DNA of 64,000 bases. It comes from Lama glama. Taxonomy: Eukaryota. The notes beneath the pieces were generated by a model. It saw nothing but the letters and a program-made list of their open reading frames with translations. It was not told where the DNA came from and ran no database searches. Below are positions 1 through 12,210 of the stretch, one piece after another (positions within the stretch are counted from its first letter, which is position 1; each line of letters begins with the position of its first letter). The stretch is from the NCBI GenBank assembly GCA_028534125.1, contig CM052816.1, positions 50,842,001 through 50,906,000 of the forward strand, given 5' to 3'. Position numbers and translations under genes: made by a program.

Positions 1-1979
1 GCTTACTAAGACAATGCTACAGGAAGCCTAGTTCAACCACATGTTCTCATCTCATACCCTCAACTGCCTAGACCCATGTTTAGAATTTGGCAGGACTCAC
101 AGCACACTGAGCCAAGCTTTTTCTTCTCTTTAATTGCTAAACCCATGTTTATTTGAAAGCAGAGTTAATCCATGTATTTCTGATTACCCATCAGAACTCA
201 TCAAAATGAGGTTCTGAAAAAAGCCTGTTTGATGTTCAAAAAAATAATCTGAAGCCACCGCTCTTGTGAACAGGAAACTCAACTTCGCCAAAAGTAAACT
301 GCTCCAAATTCTGAGAGACCAGTTTGGTCTGATCCTTTATAAGATATCTGAACCTCTTCACTGCAGACTTGGCCTAAACTTTATCCCTCGCTCTGTCTTT
401 TTTTTTTAATCCATAGCCTATGCTTCTATTTAGCGCGTGATGGCGATTTCTGTCATCTAGGATGAGAACACCGCTCAAAATTATACTGTGGAACCAGCAA
501 AAACATGTTATTTCCTTCATATGCCAAGCCGTTGTTTCCACTTTCATGATAGATAATTTTTCTTTTAGTCCTTTTTACTTTCCTTGCTTAATATTATTTT
601 TTCATCATGGTTAAAAATATGTCAACTACTTAACTGACAAATATGAATATAACAGAGTGTTGAAATTGCAGGATATTTAAGTAGGCTATTCTAAAAAGTG
701 AAGAAAATCCACTAACTTCAATTGAGGTTTTGAGGCATATACACACACACATACACATATATATTTATTTCTGGGCCTCAGGGTTTCTTTTGTCATATAA
801 AAAGTTAACTACATCATCTCAACCTTGAGATCCAACTCCCAAATTCTCCAATTCAGTCAAAAATTATATAAAGTACTACTATAAAGTAATGAGACAGAAG
901 CCCACCTGAAATTCGTCCTCACATAAAACATCTCACCAACATTCTATGGATAAAATGAACAAAATGGATTCAGTATGTTTATTTGACAGGTTTGGGAATA
1001 AGGAGTTTTGTGTAAACACTTGCAATGCTTATAACATCCATAAATCTCATATGAATGTCTTTTTTTTTATCCTTCCTTCATTAAGAAATTTATATCAAAC
1101 ACTCTTAAGTATTGCATTTGTTCTTTTAGAGAGTATGGCCTGTTTGATGGTTTAATTTAGGAAATGTGAGAATAGACAGAAAATAGTGCAGGTGTATTCA
1201 TGTTCTTCCTTCATAGAATAAATGTTTTTTTTAGCTCAGTCATCTGTTCCATGGTGCAGGGAAGGACTTAATTCTCTCTCACATCTGGATATCTTTATCC
1301 TGATGAAAACTACAATTAACTTTGCAACCCAAACTCCCACTTTCACAGAAACCCAGCGTTTCTATCTGCTTCCTGGCAGTGCCCATTGCTTTGCAGTCCC
1401 TGGTGATGGGGGGAGATGAGGGGAGTGAGCTCAGGGAGAGGAACCCACCAAGTATCTGTCCTCGATTGGCCACACCCTATACCTGGTGCCCCGTGTGTCC
1501 TGCATGGGTGTGAGGATGCAGGTGTAGGGCGGCAAGGACCATAGAATATTAGGTAGGACTTTTCTTCTTCGAGTCTCCTCATTCACCAGGGTAACACAGC
1601 TCCCAGGTCATACTAAAACACTTAGGAGAGTGTAAGGTGAAAAGTCAGGGGTCTGAGCATGACCCCAGAGTGCCTAGATCAAGGCACCTGAGGAATGGGA
1701 ACAGAAAGGGCAAAGCAGGGCCAGTCCAAATGTTTGCAATCAAAACAAATCCGCTCCAAGTGGTGAACCCGGACAGCTCTGGGACTTTGTTCTCTGGGGC
1801 TGCACCCTTTTGTCTTGCTGGGGGAGCGATGGTCCACCCTGAGGTAGAGCAAAGCTCTGACTCAAACCAACGCTGAGCCTTGTGCAACCCTCTCCAGGTT
1901 TGTTTTTGTTTGTTTGTTTTTGTCAGAGAATAGGCAGAAAACTGTTTGATCAGATCATTAGTTTTCTTTTTTTTTTTTT

Positions 1980-2400
1980 AACATATTTTGTTTTTAGTTT
2001 TGAAAGTAACATGCTCCTTATAGAAAAGCTTGTACATCCATAGAAATGTAAAGAACATAATAAAAATTCAGAATCCTACTACCACCCAGAGATAAACATT
2101 ATAATATTTTGTAATATTTTCCTCTAGATTTCTTCCCCATGCATTTATTTCACCAAATGGGGATTATGTTCTATGTACAGTCTGGGGTGCTGCTTTTTCA
2201 TTTACCATAATATTAGGGTTTCCCCAGATCATTAAATGGTCTTCCAAACACAATTTGGGATGGTTGTATAGTAATTTTCTTTAATGGACCAATGTTGAAA
2301 CTTTTTGGATGATAAGATCATAGGCCTTTTCTAATAAGCTCCAAGAGTTCCTAGGTCTTGTTCTACAGATTACGTGCTACGTTTTCCACTAGGATTTTTC
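1980..2400 (-). mobile_element. Old L1 (L1ME-like) 3' region fragment
   Basis: T-rich tail, then 'gtaacatgctccttatagaaaa...cctactaccacccagagataaacatt...', which resembles antisense L1ME 3' ends. Highly diverged. Confidence 0.55.
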
Positions 2401-2959
2401 CTGGGGTCGAGTGGTGTGGAAGGACTGATCCAGCTGCTCTGTGGACGAGTGTGGGCAGCCGACACACATTCTTTGGGAGATGTGAGATCTGAGGTCCCCC
2501 AATGTGGAATCCACACTCAAGTCTTTGTCTCTGAAGGTAAGGGACAGTTAAGTGCCACATCCTGCCACTTCTTCCCTGACACGTTTCTGAATCTCTGCTT
2601 TCTCTTCACGATGTTAGGGGGTGATGGGAATGAACGAAGCAATAAATACAATGAAGCAATAAATAAATAGGTAAATAACTAAAATAGAATGAAGCAATAA
2701 ATAAAAAGGCAGACCGAGAGTTCACAAGAAATGAATGTACGCCACTATGGTAGAGGACAAACTTTGATTAAACTGATGAATAAATATGCATGATGCAAAG
2801 ATTAAAGCAAGTTTCTGGACTAGAAATGTGAAGGTAATAAGAGGAAGAATGTAGGACATCTTAGAGGAGATGAAGAGATGAGGAAAACAATGAGGATCAC
2901 ATAGGTCAAATTAAACTCAACGTATGCACACACAGTCGGTAAAACTATATATTAAAAAA

Positions 2960-3175
2960 TAATCCAGAGACTAGTTAACACAACATTGAGGACAGAGGTT
3001 ACCTTTTGGGAGGTGGGAGCTCATAATGAGGGGGCACCCACAAGGGGCTTTTGAGTGCTGGCAATATTTGATTTCTTGACCTGGGTGCCTTCATGGTATG
3101 GTAGTTAATCTGTCATGGAGTTGATGTGTATGTACCTTTCTGTATGACAAATTCACATGTAAGACCAAAAAAATA
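2960..3175 (+). mobile_element. Old L1 (L1MD/L1ME-like) 3' UTR fragment
   Basis: 'gaggttaccttttgggagg...ggggcttttgagtgctggcaatatttgatttcttgacctgggtg' matches the L1M 3' UTR pattern. Confidence 0.6.
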
Positions 3176-3338
3176 GAATCAACTGCTAGAGATACTTGGA
3201 AGAGTGTGGAACTTTGTGTTTGGACTGAAGGAGAGTAACAGGAGAGTAACTGACCAACAAGGGAATATATGGAAAAGAAACAGCCTTTTGTTGAAAGGGG
3301 GGAAAATGGAAAAAGAATTCACATATAGGATTTGGGGT

Positions 3339-3399
3339 TGGGAAGGACAAAAAGATGCTCCTAGATTGCAGTTACTTATGTAACAGTTGTACAAAATTC
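3339..3399 (+). repeat. Copy 1 of a 61-bp dispersed direct repeat (copy 2 at 4650-4710)
   Basis: 59/61 identical to 4650-4710 by direct comparison. Confidence 0.95.
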
Positions 3400-3450
3400 T
3401 TAAGAGTGAGTAAATTAAACTCCTGGCAAAGGTCTTGAAGAAAATATGAA

Positions 3451-3701
3451 ATGTACAGCACGGTGACCATAATTAATAATGTTGTATTATATATTTGAAA
3501 TTTGCTAAGAGAGTAGATCTTAAGTGTTTTCATCACATACATACATACAAAAGGTAACTATGTGATGTGATGGGTGTGTTAATCAACCTGATTGTGGTAA
3601 CTGTCTCTCAGTGTATACATACAGCAAATTATCAAGTTGTACACTTTAAATACATACAATTTTATTTGTTACTTATAGCTCAATAAATCTGGGAAAAGAA
3701 A
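3451..3701 (+). mobile_element. L1MA-type (L1MA8/9-like) 3' end, 5'-truncated
   Basis: 'atgtacagcacggtgacc...gaaatttgctaagagagtagatcttaag...ttgtacactttaaatacatacaattttatttg...ctcaataaa' followed by an A-rich tail. Confidence 0.85.
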
Positions 3702-3949
3702 GCTACAAGAAATAGAAAAGGGGCAAGACAATGAAATAAGGACTACTGATTATATATGTATGTGTGCATTTGTGTGTATATTATATATAATATATATACA
3801 TATAAATGAATTTATTTTAAATCAGAGGTATTATCATTGCTCAATCAAATCATTAATAGTAGAAGATTGAGAAGCAGACAACCTGTGTTACAGTTCTGCT
3901 AATCTGTCATGCAATCTGCTGCAAGCAATTTGATTGTAAAAATAAAAAG

Positions 3950-4200
3950 GCAGGATAGTCTAGTAGTTAAGCTTTTTCCTTTTGCTTCCAGATTACTGAG
4001 ATCAGATTTCAGTTTTGCTCTTTTGAGTTATATGACTCTGGGCAAGACTCTTAACCTGTCTGTGCCTCAGCTTTCTTGCTGGAAAGTGTACAGTGGAGAG
4101 TCCCTACCTCATAGGATCGTCCTGAGGATTAAATTAAATTGTCCATATTATTTGCTTAGCACAATGCCCACAAATGTTAGCCACTATGCTATTCTTGTTA
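3950..4200 (+). mobile_element. MIR SINE
   Basis: MIR core 'tgactctgggcaagactcttaacctgtctgtgcctcagctttc...cctacctcataggatcgtcctgaggattaaatt'. Confidence 0.85.
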
Positions 4201-4649
4201 CTAGTCACTTGTATGAATCTTAGGTCCAAAGTAAAGGTAATGCACTAAACAATGACTAGGGCCCCTTCGTATTCAAAAGTAACAGGGTTCCATTTCAATG
4301 GCTGGGCTTTTGGTGTGTTGAACTACCTCAGACCATCAGGAACCCAAGAGTCATCAGTAAGACTGTGTCCAAGTGCAAAGAGTTGAAGAAATATGCAGTG
4401 AAAAATCACTCCAATTATTCTGAGTCCATGACGACATATCCACCAAGAAGAACCAGAGACAGTGAAAGTCAACATCATTCCCCTGCTGACACATCTGTTT
4501 TTATTTAATGAAAAGTGCTATATTGAGTATTAACTTTGCTTATATTTGCTGATGGTGGATTTTAACCCCATTGTATTGAGATGTACTGAGCCTTTCTGCT
4601 ATTGACTGCTATCATATCCCATAGCCTTGGCCATGAAACTCTTCAAGGG

Positions 4650-4710
4650 TGGGAAGGACAAAAAGATGCTCCTAGATTGCAGTTACTTATATAACAGTTG
4701 TACAAAGTTC
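4650..4710 (+). repeat. Copy 2 of the 61-bp dispersed direct repeat
   Basis: 59/61 identical to 3339-3399. Confidence 0.95.
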
Positions 4711-5691
4711 AAAGACTAAACTGGAGATGTTTTTCTGTTTCATACTCTGAAAATATTGTTGAATATTTTTGTGACTCTTAGTATATCTTATGTCTTAAAT
4801 CATCCAAAGCTAGAGTACATTCAAACAACCTTCCATCTATCTTTTAGGGTCATACAGCAAGGAAAGTGTTCACATCTTTACCCGTAGTCACCCTGAAGTC
4901 ATCTACCAGCCCCAATCCAGCCCCTCTGGCCCACCACCCTCAGATAGCCTCTTATCATATCCTTATGTCTGAGAAAAGCATTAACTGATTTTGAATTTGT
5001 GCCCAGTAGACCACATGTAATGCAGACCTAATTAAAAAAATTTATGATGTCTGTCTGATTTTTTGAAGGTCCAAAAAGTGAGTACTGTTTGTATTCCTTC
5101 ATCCTCATAGCAAATGAGAAAAAAGACTAAATAAAGCTATTACATGAAATATGACAAAGCATATTTCATGAGTAGATTTCTTATTTTTCTGCAATATATT
5201 GTGAAATTTTCTTCAATGAGACAAACTAATAATTTTTAAAATGGTAATATACTTTTTCAAATGAAGATTATTTCTATTAAATTACTATTCTTTCAGATAA
5301 TTTTAAATTGAATCTTGATAATTATCCAAAACCCAAAATACTGTAATTTCATATATGGAAAGGCTCATGAAATATAGTATTTTCTATGAAAACAATTGCT
5401 TCAATGAAAACATTTGTAGAGGCTAATTCAAGGAGGCAGAACTGATATTTTGTAGGTGTTGGATAGAGATCTTGAAGGTTGGGGCAGAAGGTTGGTAAAT
5501 CTCTATAAAGATTCAAAAGATTAATACTGAAACTGAACAGGGTGAAGTGAGATAATCCTGATAAATGGCAAGTGACAGGGAAGGACAATGACAGCCCTGA
5601 AGTAAAGACCCCATGAGAGAGGAGAATAAAGGCTGACTGTGCATCCACTGGGGACGAGGCGGACAAAGTGCGATGAGGACTTATCAAATAC

Positions 5692-5710
5692 CGGCCCCTA
5701 GAGGGAGACT
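5692..5710 (+). promoter_or_regulatory. CTCF-like motif (candidate)
   Basis: cggCCCCTAGAGGGAGact against the core CCASYAGRKGGCRS, inside a CpG-retaining unique segment. Motif match only. Confidence 0.35.
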
Positions 5711-8009
5711 GCTTGCACCCTGAGAAAGTGACTGTGTAATCAAATTTAAAAAGCAACCCCACTGCCCAAGGTCAGTATCATGTCATTGAACCAGTGTCGC
5801 AGAGGGAGGAATTCACACCAGCCTCAGTGGCAACCACTGGAACGGAAAGCTTAGCCCCTGGGTCAACGCTCTGGGCCCAAGAGGAGGCAGTGATGCTCCT
5901 CCATGTTAAAAGTGGTCTTAGTGGTGATCATGGACAATTCTGTGACTATCTGGGTTGACCTGAGAGCTTTTGCTTTAGCAGCTCTTTCTGAAGCAACCAT
6001 CCCCAGAGACAACTGTGGAAAGCTCATCAGCTTCGAAGGCTCCCTGGCCTCGCAGAAGCAGGATCCAGACCCGAGGCAAGGGCGACCCTGAGACACGAGC
6101 CAGCATCCCAAGGGATTCCTGGACATCTCAGCAGTGAGGGTGGGGAAAGGAGATGGACTTCTTAACAAAGGAAACATCCACAAGACAGTGAAAAGGGACT
6201 ACAATGTTACATAACATTCAGAGAACCCTCAAAGTGAAAAAAAACTACTTGTGAATTTACAGTGTGTTTGGCACCATACGGGAGTCGTATTGATTGAGAC
6301 AGTTTTGCTGAAACAAATTTTTTTAACTTCCTGCTTTCAGGCCAACATAAATGGTATCCAGATTCTAAGTCTAAATATGAATACCTGTTTTCATTTGAAG
6401 TGAAAATGTAATCATAAAATTCTTCAGATTAAAACACTCATCAGTCATCACGATCACATAAACATTTCAAGTTTATCTTATACTTCAGAATAAGCCTGTT
6501 TCTCGTGCAAAAAAATTTTTTGACTAAAATTCAGTTCATTAAATCTCTATTAAATATAGTTTTTTCCCATAACATTACACCAAAAAAATAGTAACATGAA
6601 AGGGAACCATAACTGAACTTTAATCAATCATTATTGCAGTTTAATACTTTATTCTGCTACCACCAAAATCCTTCTGTTCCACTCTATCCCATTTTGTATT
6701 AGACTTTTTTGAAAATAAATATGGTTAGATATTAGAGTTCCATTTTATTCCACATTTCACTTGAATCTTTGAGTGGAGTTTCTGATTTCAAAATTCCAAT
6801 TACGCTTTCTCCAAAATGAAGATAATCTTCCTCTTTAGCTCATGAACTCATTTCTCTAAGGTTAACTTTGGTTTTTGCTTTCAAATAAAATATTCACCCT
6901 TTATATACTTCTAAAAAGCCAGGGACCATCCCCGTATTACTGTCCAACAGACATACGTTTTACACCAAAACCCCAGGCAGTGATAATTCATGAGAAGGTA
7001 GTGAAAATTGTACAGAATGAAGCTAGACCAGGATGAGTTGGTATAGCGCATGTAAAGATGGAAAATGGGTAAGAAAGGCTCATTCAGTTCCAGTCCATGA
7101 AGTTCATAATAAGCAATTAAATATCCGTAATTAAATCTCCATTTACTCAGCAGACCATAACTGCACGCTCAAATCCAGTCTTCAGGGTAAGTAAGTAATA
7201 AGCTTTATAAAAACGACATTCATTAATTCTGATAATAAAAAATGTAACAAAAACAATAAAAAATAAATGTGTGTTTAAGAGCTCTGGTGGCATTTAAGGT
7301 CTAGACAGGCTTAACTGGACTCTAAAGTTAATATGCACCTGCAGGAATAAAATAAACAACACTAAAAATTAATATGCATTTATTTCAGTACTGGGTAAGA
7401 GGAGCAATTAATGTGGGCAAAAAAGGAGTTTAAGAATGAAACACCTGTGGGTATTAAAAATAGTAACATGCCCCTTTAAAATGATTTCTGTTGCTATGAA
7501 CAATATTCAAGGGAGAGATTTATAATATCATAAAAGTGTGACTGCTGGACTCACAGCATTCTTGGGTCTCAATAATACTCTTTTGCTGTATAAGGCAAAT
7601 TGGATTATACAGTTTTCCATTAAAAATAATAAATATAAAAAGTTTCTAATTTGAGTAAAAGTGCTGCAGATAAATGATGGTAAGAGTTACTGAATTAGGG
7701 TAAAGTGTGTACTTTCTGTTTTCAGAGATCTGAATTAGAAACACAGGTTCTAGAAGAAATGAAAATGTGGCTCTGGCTTTTCAGAAGCTTACGTTGTGAC
7801 TAGAGACCCATGATGTACTCATAAGAAACAAATAGAAGAATCGCAAAAATGTGCAGACACATCCATTAGTAAGATACTTTCCTCACGTTATTTTACCAAC
7901 TCCCAACTCATCTTAATATATAGGAAGAGAAGAGAGTTGTTACTGTTATCTGTGGGCTTTTGAGTTTGACAAACTCCACTTCTGTCACAAATTAATAATA
8001 AAATAACTA

Positions 8010-8230
8010 AAGAATGAAGCACTTTATAGGCTCAGGCACTGAAATAAGCAGTTAATTACAGTGTCTTAATTACACCTCACAACAGCCCCAAGAGAGAAAA
8101 TTATGTTCCCATTGCAGAAATAAGATAAATAAAGCTTGATAACTTTTCTGAGAGTACACAGCCAGTAAGTGATGGAGCCAGAACAGAAGATTTGAACCTC
8201 TGTCTGACTGACTCAGAACCCACACCCTTC
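8010..8230 (-). mobile_element. MIR SINE
   Basis: Antisense MIR: 'cctcacaacagcccc...cacacagccagtaagtgatggagccag...gatttgaacctctgtctgact'. Confidence 0.75.
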
Positions 8231-8249
8231 ACTCCTATGGAGCCCATCC

Positions 8250-8420
8250 TCCTGTTTACCCAGCTCTAAGAATGTGACAGGTTTCAACCTCTCTGAACTT
8301 CAGTTTCCCCATGGATAGATAGCACACCACTAACACCATTTATGTCTGGGGCTGTTGTATGGATTAAATGGCATGACTTTTGCTACGTTCCTGCCACAGT
8401 AAATGCTCCATTAAAGGCAG
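8250..8420 (+). mobile_element. MIR SINE fragment
   Basis: 'aacctctctgaacttcagtttccccat...gctgttgtatggattaaatgg...cacagtaaatgctcc'. Confidence 0.7.
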
Positions 8421-8940
8421 GATCCTTCCTCTTCTAACTGAGCAGGACCCTCTTGTCATCATTGGTGACCATCTGATATCTGTAATGGTGTTTGTAACCG
8501 CTTAACTGTATAATGATTTAAAGGGTTTTTCACATGCTCTTGCTGACCAGGGTTAGGCTGGAGAGGAGGGAGGCTTGGGTGTTCCACCCAACCTCTTCAT
8601 GGTGCTATGTGCAGAGATCATGCTCAGCACCCAGCTCTTGCCCCCAATGCCTTGCTCCTGAACCCAGTGCCTTCCTCTTGACCCCAACACCTCAGAAAGA
8701 GCAACTGGGTGTTTTGTGCATCTTGTTCATAACTCACCCCAACTCCACATGTCTGCAATTGTTTTTGACCTCTTGTGGTTTCCTTGTATCCTGCCATTCG
8801 AGCTACAAGCCTCAGCCTGCAGCAGGAGGTCCCAGGCTTCAACCTGCCTAGAATGCTAGAAGCATTTATCCACCTGACTTTAAACTGCACCAGTTTTTCT
8901 CCATAGCTCTTTTCCATGGAGCCCCTTCCTATGCATCCTT

Positions 8941-9301
8941 TGTTCTAGGTACAAGAATATTAAGAGTCCCAAAGCAGGAGATAAACTTCATACCCAGCAG
9001 AGGGAAGGGGGCCACTACAAAAACAAGAACAACTTTGCAACAATTTGTTACCCTGTATGTGATCTCTATGGAAACTAGCTTTGCCCCTTCAATTCTTGAA
9101 CTTTTACTAAAAAGTCCCCTGTCTTCTCTCCCCAGAGGTTCACAGTCTTAGAGAGGCATTAGCTCACTGTGACCTCCTCTGCCTGGCAAAGAAATAAAGC
9201 TGCCTTTTCTACTTCATCCAGAGTCTTCATCCCGACAGACTCGAGACTGTCCTAGAGTCTCAATTTGGTAAGTGGGGTATGGAGGCTGTGTTTCAGCAAC
9301 A
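8941..9301 (+). mobile_element. Solo LTR, ERV1-like (artiodactyl-type)
   Basis: TG...CA termini (tgttc...caaca), about 360 bp, AATAAA at 9193-9198 in the context 'ctgcctggcaaagaaataaagctg' typical of artiodactyl ERV1 LTRs. No clean TSD. Confidence 0.7.
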
Positions 9302-10714
9302 CTCTTGCCTCTCTCTTCAGTTGTATGCCCAAGGCAACAAGGCTAGTAAATGGCAGATCTGGCACTGGGACCCGTGTCCTCTGTCTCTGTGCTCTCAGAT
9401 TGACCTAAGTCTCCTTCTACAACATGCCCTCAATGTGCAGTATCCACAGTAGACATTGTACTGTTCCCAGTGTTACTACAGCCTCACGACTTGTACGTCC
9501 ACAGTTCAGGTTGCAGAATAGATAAAAGCAAGCAGCTGGCATTCCTCAACATTCACTAGGCATTCATTTGAAGATTAGTTTCTCTGAGCTTCAGAACAAT
9601 CACTGACCATTCCATATTTTCATTATTACTATTTTTTTGGTGGGATGGAAGTGTGGGGGTTGGGTACAGGTCAAGATGTGCTGACTGAAATAAAACAAAG
9701 TGTTCTACAAACAAAGGAAGTCATGGAGATTAGTTATACACACTTAGATGTGGAAACCATATAGCAAGTACATCATTAAAATCATAAAGGCAACCAGCTG
9801 ACAGAGTGTTATTTCTAAAAAGAATAGCAGAGTTCAATTGACTTGACTTACTCATCGGGGTTCCCACTAAGTATTCCTTACTTTGCTCTCAGAAGTGTTT
9901 TAGCATTTTCTGTGATCTGAAACAAACTGGTTAAGAAAGTGTAACTTCTATGCCAAGCCTGTATAGAGCACAAGACAGTCAAGTTTTCCATCAGGAAGTA
10001 ACTTGCTGACCAGCTTCAATCAGTAACAGACATGAAGAAGCAGGGAGTTATGTTTTGAAATGCATGATTTGTGCCTTGATGTTTGAAGACCAGATAATTG
10101 AGGATCTTAATAACTACTTGTAAGAATAATCACTTGTAATCACAATAATCATTTGTAATAACGTTAATAATAATATTGCACAGTAATAATTCTTCCAGTT
10201 CTGACAGTAATGAAAAGCCGATCTCTTCTGCTGAGGAACAATGGAAATCAGAGGTGAGAACTCACAGTGGATCTTTGAATAATTCATGAGTTCATACATG
10301 TCACTTGCATCTGTATGTTAAAAAAAAAAACACCATGGAAGTGTAATAGCACATTAGTGATGCAAATTACAAAAAAGCAGACTTCTTCTGGTTTAGTGAA
10401 GATTTTCATAATTCAGCCCAAATAGCATTCTTACCAACAGTGAAGTGCCTGTTTTTTATTCTTTACAGTTGCTAGGATTCATTTTGCTTGGCCAGGTCAA
10501 CATTTTGCATATTTTTATGTCACTCAGCTGTGATTTACCCTTTCTGTCAGTATCTAATGCACACCAGCAACATTAATTCATCACTCTCATAATTTCTCTG
10601 AGATGCAATTCAAGTTGAGGCTGCATCACTTGTACACTTGAAATATGTGAATTTAACAATACATGCACAAATGAAGGAAAATAATTTTTAAAGTATACTG
10701 CAAAAATACATGAG

Positions 10715-10833
10715 AGAGAGAAAAAATACAGCAAATGTGGTTAAAATGTTAAAGTTGGGGAATTCTTTGTACTGTTCTTGAAACTTTTCAGTAAGTCTGA
10801 AGTTATGCCAAAATAAAATATTAAAAGAAAAAA
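10715..10833 (+). mobile_element. L1MC/L1ME-type 3' end
   Basis: 'gcaaatgtggttaaaatgttaa...gggaattctttgtactgttcttgaaacttttcagtaagtctgaagttatgccaaaataaaa' followed by an A tail. Confidence 0.75.
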
Positions 10834-11511
10834 ATTACATTGCAACTCAATCTGCCACTCCACTAAGTAAGCTTGAGCCACGGAATTGGAGAAGGTGGGA
10901 CAGGAGAGCTTCAGTTAGCTATAGTTAACACTTCCCTCCAAGCATGAGCTTCAGGCACACTGAGTGTATACATACTTTAATATACATATTTCTGTGTGTG
11001 TAAAACACTGTATGTTAAACTTGACTATGCAGTGTTGAAATATATATTATACATTTAGGCATACCAATTGCTAAACAGGGTTGTAAAACTCTATATACTA
11101 CATTTCAAGGATGATTTAAGACTTTCAAGGGTGGTGTTGGCTGTAGGTGATGTTTGCTTTACGTGACAACTTTAGGTCTTATCCCTAAGTAAGATGTGAC
11201 TCCACTGAATTTGGACTTACAGGTGAAGAAAGAAGTTCCATGAATTCATGAGTTAACATTCTTGTCTTGATGGCTATTCTATACACAAAAAATCAAGAGA
11301 ATAAAAAGTCTGTCTGGTTCAGCACTTCATCCCCCTTTCTGTGCTCTTTGTCCCCTTTTAGCATCTGCCATCATAAGAGGCCACACACTTAATGTGCTCT
11401 GTTGCTCTGGTCACTGAAAGAAAACATCCTATAAACTTAATGTGCTGTGTCCCAGGAATGTTTTATTTGACGTGAAAAAATGCTATCTGGGAAAAGTAAC
11501 AAACAATAAGA

Positions 11512-11710
11512 AATCTGACAAATCTGATTCATTAGAGGGACGAACTCTTTGGTCCAGGGAAGTACCTATAGCTCTCTTATTATTACTTATGCTGACATAC
11601 TTACTTCATTTACTTCTTGCCCATTTTAACCTCTACTACCACTGAGGTCAAGTTACACTTGGTCTAGTACCTCAAGCCTATTTCAGGTACACTATGTACA
11701 TGGTAACGGA
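11512..11710 (+). repeat. Left arm of a perfect 199-bp inverted repeat flanking the gap
   Basis: Exact reverse complement of 12211-12409. Confidence 0.97.
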
Positions 11711-12210
11711 NNNNNNNNNNNNNNNNNNNNNNNNNNNNNNNNNNNNNNNNNNNNNNNNNNNNNNNNNNNNNNNNNNNNNNNNNNNNNNNNNNNNNNNNNN
11801 NNNNNNNNNNNNNNNNNNNNNNNNNNNNNNNNNNNNNNNNNNNNNNNNNNNNNNNNNNNNNNNNNNNNNNNNNNNNNNNNNNNNNNNNNNNNNNNNNNNN
11901 NNNNNNNNNNNNNNNNNNNNNNNNNNNNNNNNNNNNNNNNNNNNNNNNNNNNNNNNNNNNNNNNNNNNNNNNNNNNNNNNNNNNNNNNNNNNNNNNNNNN
12001 NNNNNNNNNNNNNNNNNNNNNNNNNNNNNNNNNNNNNNNNNNNNNNNNNNNNNNNNNNNNNNNNNNNNNNNNNNNNNNNNNNNNNNNNNNNNNNNNNNNN
12101 NNNNNNNNNNNNNNNNNNNNNNNNNNNNNNNNNNNNNNNNNNNNNNNNNNNNNNNNNNNNNNNNNNNNNNNNNNNNNNNNNNNNNNNNNNNNNNNNNNNN
12201 NNNNNNNNNN
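11711..12210. other. Assembly gap (500 N)
   Basis: Run of exactly 500 N. Confidence 1.

Noticed and set aside
2636..2703. Three copies of gaagcaataaata with short spacers, superficially CRISPR-like
   Set aside because: A 13-bp A-rich unit with irregular 5- and 24-nt spacers in mammalian DNA. This is low-complexity slippage.
5349..6183. 137-aa and 106-aa minus-strand ORFs as a possible retrocopy
   Set aside because: They are in different frames, match no protein I recognise, and show no poly-A or TSD.
10199..10253. Possible 55-nt exon (ttccag|...gag|gtgaga; SDSNEKPISSAEEQWKSE)
   Set aside because: Very short pyrimidine tract, unrecognised peptide, and no supporting neighbouring exons.
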